This document shows, in pieces, positions 15,253-24,548 of a stretch of DNA of 55,468 nucleotides (position 1 is the first letter of the stretch; every line of letters begins with the position of its first letter). The stretch is taken from positions 1-55,468 of the IMG/VR virus record IMGVR_UViG_3300043449_000430. One strand, given 5' to 3'. Position numbers and translations under genes: made by a program. The notes under the pieces are model-generated. The model saw only the letters and a list, made by a program, of their open reading frames with translations. It did no database searches and was not told the origin of the DNA. Source of the stretch: a virus (lineage: Duplodnaviria; Caudoviricetes).

Positions 15253-17334
15253 TTACCTCCTCATCCCAATCATTACATTTGCAACCTGTGAAACAATGAT
15301 TACTGGAATAATGACTTCTTGGGCTTTTTCTCTCTGATCGTCTGTCATATCCATACCCAACTCAGAGAAATTGGATAGGAGTTCTAGTGGGTCCACATTA
15401 AATAATGCTCCAAGTGGATCTGCTAAAAATGCTTCTGTTTGTACTTCTGTTACTGCATCTGCTAATGTAAATGGCATAGGAGTTTCTCCTGCTGCCCCTG
15501 CTCTATCAGAGAACTCAACAAATGCTGATGCAAGGGCTGGGTTAGATTTCATTTGATCTGCAATTTTGGCAACTTCTCCTGCAGAAATACCAAGATCTCC
15601 AGCAATCTCTGCTTTTGCTTCTTGTGTCAAAGACTTGAGTGTTTGGCTAACTGCTGTAATTTGCTCAGGGGAAAGTTGAACTAATTTATTGTCTTTGCTA
15701 GTAAGGTTAGCAATAACTCCAGATAAATCTTCTGTTGTCCCAGTACCCTTTTTAGGAATAAGTGCTGCTAGTTCCTCATCCTTGATCTCAGGATTAGTTG
15801 TTGGCTCTACTGTTGGCTCAGGCAACGGTTCTGGCGATGGGGCAACGGTTGGCTCTGGTTCTGGTGCAGGTGTAGGTTCTGGCTCTGGTGTAGGCTGAGG
15901 ATCTACGGTTGGCTCTGGCTTAGGCTCTTCTGTTGGTGGTGCATCTGGTGTAGGATCTGGGCTTGCTACAGGTATTGGTGGTGCTTCTACTGTAGGTTCT
16001 GGGGAAGGTGCAGGGCTTGGAGCAATTGAAGGTTCTGGCTGTGGCTGATTAGCAAGGGCAGTAGCAATTGCAGCAGCGATCCTTTGCTTTTCTTCAAAAT
16101 CCCATTGAGCAATATATTCTTCTTCTGCAGCAGTTATCGCATCATTCATATCACTAATAGCATTGTTATAAACTTCAATAGCATCATCTTTTGCTATTAG
16201 TGCTGAAGCAGTGTTTGTTTGTGCGGTTTCATGTGCAGTTTGTGCATCATCTTTTTCATCTTGTGCTTGTTCTAAATCATCTTGTAGATTATTGAGGGTT
16301 GAAACTGCCTGATTATAAACAGATAACTTATCGTTATAAACATCTTGTGCTGCATTCTTTTCAGCAAGAGCATTATTATATGCATTTATTTGTGACTGTG
16401 TTGGACCTGATCCAGAAGAAAATGTTCCAAGATTACAACTAAACCCTACCCCCCAGCCACCAGTATAGTCGCACCCTGCTCCTGTCCATCCTCCAGGTAT
16501 AGCCCAACCAAGATGATAAGATCCAGGACCTCCACCGTTATACCACCAAATTTCTACATCAAATGTCTTGTCTTCAGTTACATCATAAACAGGTGAATAC
16601 TGGCTCCACCTAACGCCTTGCTCTTGCCAATTACTAATAGCAAGTTGTCCATCAATATACATTTTAAAGCCATCGTCTGTATACCCTGCAAAATATGTGG
16701 ATGTCCAGTGTGATGGAACAGTGATCTGTCCAGTAAACTTAACTACAATATTTTCATACCTATTGCCACATACTGGAAGTTGCATAGAATTTGAATTCCA
16801 TGTGCCAGAACAAATAACAGAATCTGGGACTGCTATGCTTGGCCAAACTCTGGCTAAGTTATATACAGTGTATTGAAGTCCTGATCCACCTGCTGACTGC
16901 ATGTTAGATTGTGCTGTTTGAAGATTAATATTGGCTATGCTCAATGCCTCTTGAGCATTATTTTTATTAGTTTGGGCAGTCGCTACTGTTGCTGTTTGTC
17001 CATCTACTGCTGACTGGGCAGAGGATAGATTTGATATTTTTGTATTAAGTGTGGATAGGGCTGACGTTTCTGCTTCTACTGATTGGGCATAGGACTGTTC
17101 TGCTGATGACTTATTATCCCTGGCAATAACGGCAGCGTCATATTTGTCCTGGGCGACATCAATAAGTGAAACCAACTCGGCACTATCAGTAAGGTCTGAA
17201 ACCTTCTGATTCAGGGCTTCTATCCTTTGTGCACCTACTGTTATAGGGTCATCAGAATGAGCATCTGTGGGGGCTATTGCAAGCCATCCAAAGGCCAAGA
17301 AGGTGGCTGTTGCTATACGTAATAATCTCTTTAT
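15253..17334 (-). CDS. Exported, membrane-anchored PA14-domain protein with coiled coils and Pro-rich linker
   Basis: Signal-like N-terminus; PA14 motifs (FTGQI, TDDGFKMYIDG, W.EQG, WWYNGGG); PEPT repeats; hydrophobic C-terminus; start uncertain (TTG 17298 or ATA 17334). Confidence 0.75.
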   Translation of the reverse strand: MKRLLRIATATFLAFGWLAIAPTDAHSDDPITVGAQRIEALNQKVSDLTDSAELVSLIDVAQDKYDAAVIARDNKSSAEQSYAQSVEAETSALSTLNTKISNLSSAQSAVDGQTATVATAQTNKNNAQEALSIANINLQTAQSNMQSAGGSGLQYTVYNLARVWPSIAVPDSVICSGTWNSNSMQLPVCGNRYENIVVKFTGQITVPSHWTSTYFAGYTDDGFKMYIDGQLAISNWQEQGVRWSQYSPVYDVTEDKTFDVEIWWYNGGGPGSYHLGWAIPGGWTGAGCDYTGGWGVGFSCNLGTFSSGSGPTQSQINAYNNALAEKNAAQDVYNDKLSVYNQAVSTLNNLQDDLEQAQDEKDDAQTAHETAQTNTASALIAKDDAIEVYNNAISDMNDAITAAEEEYIAQWDFEEKQRIAAAIATALANQPQPEPSIAPSPAPSPEPTVEAPPIPVASPDPTPDAPPTEEPKPEPTVDPQPTPEPEPTPAPEPEPTVAPSPEPLPEPTVEPTTNPEIKDEELAALIPKKGTGTTEDLSGVIANLTSKDNKLVQLSPEQITAVSQTLKSLTQEAKAEIAGDLGISAGEVAKIADQMKSNPALASAFVEFSDRAGAAGETPMPFTLADAVTEVQTEAFLADPLGALFNVDPLELLSNFSELGMDMTDDQREKAQEVIIPVIIVSQVANVMIGMRR

Positions 17335-17392
17335 TAGCCTTCCCCCTCGCAGACTGGATGTCTGATAGGATGATTATACCATTTTATTGCAC

Positions 17393-17425
17393 AAAAAAGG
17401 GGCCACCATAATTGGCAACCCCTTT
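17393..17425 (-). terminator. Intrinsic terminator
   Basis: AAGGGGTTGCCA-loop-TGGTGGCCCCTT followed by a T-run. Confidence 0.75.
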
Positions 17426-17438
17426 AGTGTTGGACTAA

Positions 17439-18545
17439 TTACTTAAGCAAAGCAACCTTAGCCTTTGGATTCTTTGCATTCCACTTCTTAGCGAGTGCAT
17501 TGAATGATGCCTTAATCGTTGCAAGTGCTGCTGCGTTATCTGCAGTCAACTTAGCGATTGTTGCATCCTTAGCAAGAATTGCTGCATCTGAAGCAACCTT
17601 TGCATCAGCAAGAGCCTTTGCAGAAGCAGCCTTTTCAGCAGCAAGATCTGCAGCAGCCTTAGCGTTAGCAGTTGCTATAGCAGCCTCTGCTACAGCCTTT
17701 GCAGCAAGTGCTGCATCCTTAGCAGCAGCCTGAGCAGCAAGTTCTGATACTAGATCACGAACTGCGATCTCTGCAAATGGTGCAAGAGTGCGAGAATTAA
17801 GACCAGTTACATCAGCAGAGTTTGCATCTGATGAAGTTGTTGGTGCAAATGTGATTAGTGAACGTGTTCCAGTTGTTGGAAGTGTTGCAGAAAACTTTGC
17901 AACTCCGAAATCAGCAAGTGTAGCACCAGTTGTTGCTGTTGCTGTGTCTAGTGTTGCTGTAGCAGCAAATACTGTTGCTGTGATTGACTTACCAGAAACC
18001 TTGTTTCCGAATACGTCTGTTGCAGTAACTGTAATTTCCTGCTTTGTTCCAGCAGCGCCGTTTGCAGGTGCTGAGACAGCAAGGTTATTAATCTTGCCAG
18101 CAGTTCCCTGTACGTAGTATGTAAGTTGTGTTCCACCGTTGGTGACTACAACTGTACCAATTGCTGTTGTCTTTGTGTAGACATAAAATGTTGCGGTTGT
18201 TCCTGTACCAGTTGCAATTGTCAAAGATGATGATCCTGACGATGCTCCTACTGGTGCAGCAGATGTGTGTAGTGCAGACACGATTGTTGCGTTTGTTGCT
18301 ACTACAGAAACAGATGTTCCTGTGTCAACTGTTGCGACGAACTTGAGTGCGTCAGCAGCGTCAACTGAGTTGTCTGCAGGGACTGGCAATGCAGCAGGTG
18401 TAGCGATTGATGATGCCGTTGAGTTAGCGGTTCCATCAAGAGTTACAGCGACTGACATTACAGCAGCACTTGCAGGTGTTGCTACGATTGTGCCCAAAGT
18501 CATGGCTGCAACCATGGCTAGTGCGATTTTCTTAAATGAGTTCAT
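17439..18545 (-). CDS. Secreted Ala/Thr-rich surface protein (Ig-like beta domains plus C-terminal coiled coil)
   Basis: Signal peptide MNSFKKIALA...PASA; TATDVFGNKV Ig-like motif; AAAK-rich helix. Confidence 0.65.
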   Translation of the reverse strand: MNSFKKIALAMVAAMTLGTIVATPASAAVMSVAVTLDGTANSTASSIATPAALPVPADNSVDAADALKFVATVDTGTSVSVVATNATIVSALHTSAAPVGASSGSSSLTIATGTGTTATFYVYTKTTAIGTVVVTNGGTQLTYYVQGTAGKINNLAVSAPANGAAGTKQEITVTATDVFGNKVSGKSITATVFAATATLDTATATTGATLADFGVAKFSATLPTTGTRSLITFAPTTSSDANSADVTGLNSRTLAPFAEIAVRDLVSELAAQAAAKDAALAAKAVAEAAIATANAKAAADLAAEKAASAKALADAKVASDAAILAKDATIAKLTADNAAALATIKASFNALAKKWNAKNPKAKVALLK

Positions 18546-18566
18546 TTAATTTATTTCCTTTTCTTT

Positions 18567-20363
18567 TTATAGTGTTTTTAGCCTATCCAAATAGTCTTTT
18601 ATCTCTTCTATTTGAGCAGGATTATATTGTATCACATTGCGCTTATCTAGGTCAAATTGCTCTTCTGGAGTCTTTGGCCTATCTCTGAAAGTGTGAACCT
18701 CTACTTCAGTGTCTATATTTTTTGGTGTGTGTGATATAGCACCAAAAATTGCACCACACACGGCATCCGCCAAGTCCTTTGACTTTTTTCGTGGGTGGTC
18801 AACTCTATCGTTTTTCATGATCTTTAACTGTGTTAGTTCATCAAATAATAAATCAATTGCTGGCATAGCAAGTCTTTCCTCATATACTAGCATAGCCATA
18901 TCCTCGTAGTGCTTTTTAGCAACAGAAACAGTATCAGTTTTCATTCCAACCTGCTTTAGTTCATTTTGAATATCAAATGATTGCCAACGGTCAAATGAGA
19001 CCATACCTATATCAAAACCAATTCTGCGAAGGTTTTGGATCCATTGCTTTACCTCAGAAAGGTTTACTGGGCCTTCAATCTTTGGCTCCCACCATGCTAC
19101 TGCATCTACTACTACAATTGGTGCTACCTGCTCATAATTATTAATAACCTGAATATTTACCCATTTTTCTACATGTGCAATTGCTACTGCACACTTGTCA
19201 TGCTTTTGTGCAAGGTCAGCATGAACGTAGTACTTCTTTGTTGGGTCTGGCTTAAAAGCGTCATCAAATCTTTTAAATGTATCAACTGGGTTTCTTAGTG
19301 TCATACATGATCTAACTTTGTCTGCCTGCTTAAAAAATGCGTCAGAAGCAAATGTTGGGACACATGTAAAACGCATCATTGCATCCCCAAGGTCAGTCAT
19401 GAATGCGATCATGAAGTCATCAATCTTTCTTGTAGGGTTTACTTCCCATGTAGGTCGCTTTAATGCAAACACTCCTGGGTATTTGTATGATATGATCTGA
19501 TCCTCATCCCAAGAGATTTCAAAAGTGTTGTCTGCACTATCTTCTGGAAGTAGTGGATTAATTGTAAACTTGTGCGTTCTTTCTATAACTTCTTTCTCAG
19601 CAATTACATCATCGTATCTTTCTGAAATAAAGTCACCTGGATAGCGTGGGAACGAAAGCAAAACAACTTTACCAAGGTCAGGGAAGCGAGAGTCTACTGA
19701 TCCACGGAAAGCCTTGTAAATATTATCAGCAGTCTTTCCTTGTTCATTTCCTGTTCCAACCTCAGATGCAAAACCAGAAATCTCGTCAAGCACTGCAAGA
19801 AGAAGGTTGAGCCCCTCATGAGACTCTCTTTCTGAGTGACCCGAATAAACAGTAATTGCCTTATCAAACTCAACAGAGTCTGCCTTAGCATTATACTTTC
19901 CTGCAAACCAAGGGGATCTTTCAATTTTTGATTTAAAACCTTTAAAGAAAACATTCTTTGCCTGCTGAGCGTTAATCGCTACGTTAATAAGATCAATAGC
20001 ATCTCCAGATGGCTTACCGAAGTACTTTGCTGGGTCTTTTAGGCATAGAAGTTTATATACGATATATGAGCAGGCTACTGTAGATGTGAAGTCTTTTCCA
20101 GATCCCTTGCCAAGTTGCAAAATAATTTCATTCTTTGTGTACTTGTTATAGTACTGAGTACCTTTTTCTTCACCCATTATGTTTATCAAATCTTCTTTAC
20201 GATAGATCTGACTCATTGCCTCTACAATATCATACTGGATATCTGATAGTGGTGGCTGTCCTAGGTAAGCCTCACCCTCTACAAAAGTTCTTGCGTCTAC
20301 AGGGGTTTCTTCAAAGTGATCATCTTGAAGTGCCTCAAGGAACTCATTGAACATCGTGGACAA
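18567..20363 (-). CDS. terL: Terminase large subunit
   Basis: Walker A GKGSGKD, Walker B AVLDE, nuclease HAD...SFDRW...DH..KKSKDLADA. Confidence 0.9.
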   Translation of the reverse strand: MSTMFNEFLEALQDDHFEETPVDARTFVEGEAYLGQPPLSDIQYDIVEAMSQIYRKEDLINIMGEEKGTQYYNKYTKNEIILQLGKGSGKDFTSTVACSYIVYKLLCLKDPAKYFGKPSGDAIDLINVAINAQQAKNVFFKGFKSKIERSPWFAGKYNAKADSVEFDKAITVYSGHSERESHEGLNLLLAVLDEISGFASEVGTGNEQGKTADNIYKAFRGSVDSRFPDLGKVVLLSFPRYPGDFISERYDDVIAEKEVIERTHKFTINPLLPEDSADNTFEISWDEDQIISYKYPGVFALKRPTWEVNPTRKIDDFMIAFMTDLGDAMMRFTCVPTFASDAFFKQADKVRSCMTLRNPVDTFKRFDDAFKPDPTKKYYVHADLAQKHDKCAVAIAHVEKWVNIQVINNYEQVAPIVVVDAVAWWEPKIEGPVNLSEVKQWIQNLRRIGFDIGMVSFDRWQSFDIQNELKQVGMKTDTVSVAKKHYEDMAMLVYEERLAMPAIDLLFDELTQLKIMKNDRVDHPRKKSKDLADAVCGAIFGAISHTPKNIDTEVEVHTFRDRPKTPEEQFDLDKRNVIQYNPAQIEEIKDYLDRLKTL

Positions 20364-20880
20364 CTGTAATCACCTCATTGTCTTTTGCAAATGAAGATAG
20401 TCTTCTCATAATCTCATCACGAATCTGCGGGTATTCAGAAGCAATATCCTTGAGTATACCAACAAGGACTTCCTGTCTGCGTTCAATCTCAACCATTTCT
20501 TCAGCAAGTTCTTTATTCTCAAGAAGGCCAGCCTTCTGCAACATATCTATACGCTTAGACTCAATATCCATAACAAGTTTGATTGCTGCTGTTTTTGCAC
20601 TAAGATTGTTGGTCATGGACGCTTCATCAATAACCTCATAAGTTCGGGATACCAACTTGCTGTAATGTGTATCTGCAGCAGCGAGTGCCTCTTTAGCACG
20701 AGCACGGATAGCATCGTTAGCAGATGCCATAACCTTCCACTCATTAATAAGCGTTACAACTTTTTGTCTTGGGATAGACAATTGCTTTGAAATTACAGTT
20801 GGGTCATTTCCCTTAAGATATTCTTCTACGACCAAGTTTACCTGGTCTAGGTGCTTTACAAGATCGTCTTCAGTTGTCAT
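20344..20880 (-). CDS. Putative terminase small subunit
   Basis: N-terminal HTH-like segment plus helices, directly upstream of terL. Confidence 0.5.
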   Translation of the reverse strand: MTTEDDLVKHLDQVNLVVEEYLKGNDPTVISKQLSIPRQKVVTLINEWKVMASANDAIRARAKEALAAADTHYSKLVSRTYEVIDEASMTNNLSAKTAAIKLVMDIESKRIDMLQKAGLLENKELAEEMVEIERRQEVLVGILKDIASEYPQIRDEIMRRLSSFAKDNEVITVVHDVQ

Positions 20881-21112
20881 ATTTTCCCTCTAGTCTATTA
20901 ATTTCATCCTTAATATAGAATATAGCCTTTTCAAGATCCTGAATTGTTTTTGACTCATCCTTAAGTCCTGCTCTCCACAAATATTTGAAAGCATTTCCAA
21001 TATTAAAGTTTCGGTGTCTTGTAATTTCAATGCATTCAATTCCAGATGGATCCGATGTATAGTGGGTAGGGTTATTTACTTGATCAACTGTAATAGTAAG
21101 TTTATTATTCAT
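20870..21112 (-). CDS. DUF3310 (SaV-like) protein
   Basis: VNNPTHY...IECI...GNAFKYLWRAG.K...DLEKA.FY. Confidence 0.85.
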   Translation of the reverse strand: MNNKLTITVDQVNNPTHYTSDPSGIECIEITRHRNFNIGNAFKYLWRAGLKDESKTIQDLEKAIFYIKDEINRLEGKYDN

Positions 21113-21227
21113 CGTCTTCTTCCCAATCAAATACATCTGGAATACCCCTCAATGAAGATATGGCATACCCAAGTCCAACCATTCCAATAACTGCAATAGC
21201 AACCACTGCTTTTTCAAGTTTGTTCAT
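21105..21227 (-). CDS. Small membrane peptide (40 aa, not in ORF track)
   Basis: MNKLEKAVVAIAVIGMVGLGYAISSLRGIPDVFDWEEDDE; overlaps both neighbours. Confidence 0.55.
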   Translation of the reverse strand: MNKLEKAVVAIAVIGMVGLGYAISSLRGIPDVFDWEEDDE

Positions 21228-21379
21228 CGTTTTGACTTCCTTAATCCAAATTTAGCAAGGTAAACATAAATAGTTTCTAGGCTTACTCCGCACTCTTTAG
21301 CAATTTCTTCTGGCGTTTTCTTATCCATAAGGTATCTCTTACGCATAAAAGTTTCGCTTGTATATAGTTTAGCAGCCAT
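21224..21379 (-). CDS. Small HTH DNA-binding protein (51 aa, not in ORF track)
   Basis: KTPEEIAKECGVSLETIYVYLAKFGL. Confidence 0.7.
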   Translation of the reverse strand: MAAKLYTSETFMRKRYLMDKKTPEEIAKECGVSLETIYVYLAKFGLRKSKR

Positions 21380-21383
21380 AGCG

Positions 21384-21974
21384 TTATTTGTCAACCCCTA
21401 TTGCCTTACCCCAGTTCTTTACAGCCCAATGCCCAATGCCACAGGCATCGGCCACATCGTTATCAGTAATAGTCTTATCGTACTGAATGTTAATAAAGTT
21501 AATAGTTCTTTGTTTGCGTAGTTCCCTTTCATAACCTTTAAGCCAAGATTCAGACTTTCCAGGATTTTGCGACTTGATATAAAGTTTTTCGTCCTTAGAG
21601 ATCTTCTTGTTGCCAATGAAATTTTGCCAAGTAATCGGTGCTACTTTCCCTATCATTCTAATTCCAGACTGACCTGCTGCACCAAGTAGAGCACCTTGAA
21701 CTAATGCCAAGTCAGCAGCAGTCTTGGGGCTATTCATAAAAACAGTATGCTCAATAACAATTGCATCGACATTCACAATATGATCAAACAATCCCTTAGA
21801 CTTTCTGCCAGCATCAATCACTTTCTCATAGATATTGTTTCCTTCAAAGTTAATCTTTCCAACCTCTTTAAGGTGTCCTCCATGAAATGTAGCGTATGCA
21901 AGACTATTGGTACTAGCATCAATAGCACAAATACGTTCTGGCTGTAACTCTAAGCCCCACTTATTTTTTACCAT
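21384..21974 (-). CDS. RuvC-like Holliday junction resolvase
   Basis: CAIDAS, IVIE, DNDVADA acidic motifs. Confidence 0.8.
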   Translation of the reverse strand: MVKNKWGLELQPERICAIDASTNSLAYATFHGGHLKEVGKINFEGNNIYEKVIDAGRKSKGLFDHIVNVDAIVIEHTVFMNSPKTAADLALVQGALLGAAGQSGIRMIGKVAPITWQNFIGNKKISKDEKLYIKSQNPGKSESWLKGYERELRKQRTINFINIQYDKTITDNDVADACGIGHWAVKNWGKAIGVDK

Positions 21975-22245
21975 TTATTTTTCCCTTTATTTCTTTAATT
22001 GCTTTTGTTACGGCATCAGGATTAACACTACAAGATGAACAAACTAAATCATCATTATAGATAGAAAGAGGAAGGGAGCAAGACTTGCAGAGCCTAGTCT
22101 TTCCTTTTCTTTTTTGCCTTTTTGATTGCAAATACCTTGCTGCAATTTTTTCTTTTGTTGCAATATCTCTACAGTTTGGAGAACAGTATATCTGATAAGA
22201 GACTGTTGGCTCAAACTGATTATCGCAGCATCTACAATTGTTCAC
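21961..22245 (-). CDS. Cys-rich zinc-binding hypothetical protein
   Basis: CxxC, QIYCSPNC, CKSC, CSSC. Confidence 0.65.
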   Translation of the reverse strand: MNNCRCCDNQFEPTVSYQIYCSPNCRDIATKEKIAARYLQSKRQKRKGKTRLCKSCSLPLSIYNDDLVCSSCSVNPDAVTKAIKEIKGKINGKK

Positions 22246-23047
22246 CGAGAATCTCCAGAGGCGCTATTTTTACTACGCCTGGGCCTGCAGACTCACATGC
22301 TTTTTTAATTGGGCATGACTTGCATATCTTGGAGTTTGATCTATAGTTTTTGTTTGGCAGGGTTCTGTCTTCCCATGTCTTGCGAACTAGTCTCATCCAA
22401 TCAAATGCCTGGTCTACCCACCGACGGTAATGATCGTTTACATCTACAGGGATCAAAAGGAGTTCATGATTATTTTTATTTTCATATATCATTACACCAG
22501 TTGGTCTCTTTAAGATCTTCATATAGATAAGTAACTGCATTAGGTGGCCATTCTTTGCCTTACCTGATGCCTTTCTATATTCAAATCCTTCATTCATCAT
22601 TGTTTTAATTTCACCAATAAGTTCTTGGCCTTGCCAATCAAACATGACATCTCCATACCCAAAAATAGGCGGATCATCATGTCTAATCTTAAATTCTGTT
22701 GTAGGTTCGTTATCATCATCACGATAAACCTTTACAATTCCAGCATTCATCATTGCATTTTGAATTCGTGCATGGGATAATGTTCCTGCTGTCATATTTG
22801 CAGAAGCATAGGCATCAGCATTGTCTTCAAACATCTGGCCATCAAATGCGAGGTACCAATATCTTGCACACTCTCCATGGCCATATGCAATAGTAGAAGG
22901 AGCAAATGTTTTCTTGGTAGTATGCTTGTCTACACGAGTGATCGTGTATCCTTCTTTAATCTTTGCCTCTAGCCCCGCTATATCCATAGGGTGAACTGGC
23001 TTTTCTTCTGGCTTAATCATAACTGTATGTAGTAAATTCTTCGTCAT
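22232..23047 (-). CDS. Cas4-like PD-(D/E)xK exonuclease
   Basis: N-terminal C (ECAR), GTLSH, GD..EIKT, QLLIY, C-terminal CKSC..KKAC Fe-S cysteines. Confidence 0.8.
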   Translation of the reverse strand: MTKNLLHTVMIKPEEKPVHPMDIAGLEAKIKEGYTITRVDKHTTKKTFAPSTIAYGHGECARYWYLAFDGQMFEDNADAYASANMTAGTLSHARIQNAMMNAGIVKVYRDDDNEPTTEFKIRHDDPPIFGYGDVMFDWQGQELIGEIKTMMNEGFEYRKASGKAKNGHLMQLLIYMKILKRPTGVMIYENKNNHELLLIPVDVNDHYRRWVDQAFDWMRLVRKTWEDRTLPNKNYRSNSKICKSCPIKKACESAGPGVVKIAPLEILGEQL

Positions 23048-23083
23048 TAATTTTCTCGTTTCTATTAGTATAAGTATAGCAGA

Positions 23084-23389
23084 CTATCGAGTTATATATT
23101 TTAATGCAGAAACAAGATTATTAATTGACTCTGCTGCAGTGTAGTAAAGATTTTTCTTTGCACGATCAGACTTGTCAACATTTGCCATCCATGTTGCCTT
23201 GAATGCCATCTTTGCTGCAATAGCCTGTAGTCTCACAATCTCCACAGTTGCAACATTTAGAGGAATGTCTGGCTTAATAATTATCTTAGCAATAAAAGTA
23301 AGAGCAGTAGTAAGTTCTTCGTCTTCCATGTAGTCTGCAATTTCTGACAAACCATTTACCATATCAATTGTAGTATTTTCACTTTGCAT
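23084..23389 (-). CDS. Hypothetical protein
   Basis: 101-aa helical ORF with AAGGA SD. Confidence 0.65.
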   Translation of the reverse strand: MQSENTTIDMVNGLSEIADYMEDEELTTALTFIAKIIIKPDIPLNVATVEIVRLQAIAAKMAFKATWMANVDKSDRAKKNLYYTAAESINNLVSALKYITR

Positions 23390-23400
23390 TATTTTCCTTT

Positions 23401-24093
23401 TTAAGCGTTGTCGGTTTTGTTTGTTTTAGTTAAGTTTCCTTCTTTTTCAAAAAAGTTCTCGTTGTACTTTAAAAATACTGGATCTGACTGCCAAGTCTTA
23501 AGTCTTTCTTTTCTTTCTTCTGGATTACGGGCAGCAAAGTTTAACTTTTCAAAATCTTCTCTTGTTGAGAAATGCATAGTTAAAACTTCTGTGTAGTCTC
23601 CTTCTTTAAACAATACTGGCTCTCTCCAGTGCACTTGACCAGCGCCCCAGAATACAAGAAGATCTCCATACTGAAGATTAAAACTTTCGTTTTCAATCAC
23701 AATCGGCCAATCTATATTGGCACCTAACTGGTAATCAATTGTTAGTTTAGAAAAATAATTATCTGAATCATAGTGTACTGGTAATTTTGGATTGGTTGCT
23801 TCATTATGCTCCTTGTTATAACTTAAATAACTATTGTGAGACATAAAAACATCTTCTCCAACTAAGTTAGAGGCAAGAACTTCAATCTTTCTCTGAATAG
23901 TTGGTGGATACATAACTTCTATCTGCATTCTTGACAAGTCTGGCAAGATAAGTGGAGAGTAGAATGTGCCTAGGTCTTTGGCAGTTTTTTGATACTTAAT
24001 GATTGCCCTTATGACCTCTACTTCCTCATCGCTAAGGAAGTTCTTTATAATGTGTGGAACTATCTTGTTCTTTGGTTCGTGTCCTGTGTTCAT
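23401..24093 (-). CDS. Putative 2OG-Fe(II) oxygenase
   Basis: LPVHYD...IDYQL...WP...G..QVHWR; start moved to the leaderless ATG at 24093. Confidence 0.65.
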   Translation of the reverse strand: MNTGHEPKNKIVPHIIKNFLSDEEVEVIRAIIKYQKTAKDLGTFYSPLILPDLSRMQIEVMYPPTIQRKIEVLASNLVGEDVFMSHNSYLSYNKEHNEATNPKLPVHYDSDNYFSKLTIDYQLGANIDWPIVIENESFNLQYGDLLVFWGAGQVHWREPVLFKEGDYTEVLTMHFSTREDFEKLNFAARNPEERKERLKTWQSDPVFLKYNENFFEKEGNLTKTNKTDNA

Positions 24094-24100
24094 AATACTA

Positions 24101-24388
24101 TTATACACCATCCTCTGTAAGTTGTTCTAAAATACTCATTTCAATTATAGCAAGTCTAACCTTAGAGTTACCCTCGCCCATAACGACAACTATGGCTGGA
24201 TCTTTACCATTTTTCATAGCGTCAGTAGTAGCCTTAGCCCAAACCTCTTTGTTCAATGTAAATGACTTACCAACTTCTTTAAAATCAACAACAAAGTTTT
24301 TCCAAGAAGCATCACCTTTCTGAGTATTTCTGCCAGAGTTTTTGTGCTGTTTAGCACCTATCCTCTTGGACTCACTCTTCTCTGTCAA
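24101..24388 (-). CDS. PD-(D/E)xK Holliday-junction-resolvase-like nuclease
   Basis: E...NSG...KGD...VDFK pattern. Confidence 0.6.
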   Translation of the reverse strand: MTEKSESKRIGAKQHKNSGRNTQKGDASWKNFVVDFKEVGKSFTLNKEVWAKATTDAMKNGKDPAIVVVMGEGNSKVRLAIIEMSILEQLTEDGV

Positions 24389-24548
24389 AATCGCTCTTCT
24401 TTCTTTTACCTAGACCGACCCTGCTTATATGCTTATCCTTGCACATCCAGGTCATTTCTTTTGTCTCTGCATAAAGTCTTAAAGTCCCCACCTCTGCCTT
24501 GCAGACTTGGCACAAGAACTTGCCTTGATATACAGTAAAACTAGCCAT
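24372..24548 (-). CDS. Small Zn-binding hypothetical protein
   Basis: CQVC...WMCKDKH; start MASFT. Confidence 0.55.
   Translation of the reverse strand: MASFTVYQGKFLCQVCKAEVGTLRLYAETKEMTWMCKDKHISRVGLGKRKKSDFDREE

Noticed and set aside
15800-16050. Tandem DNA repeats resembling an array
   Set aside because: They are degenerate codon-level repeats encoding the Pro-Glu-Pro-Thr linker, with no constant repeat and unique spacers
22232-23047. Cas4-like gene as evidence of a CRISPR-Cas system
   Set aside because: No repeat-spacer array or other cas genes seen; solo Cas4-like nucleases are normal in phage recombination modules
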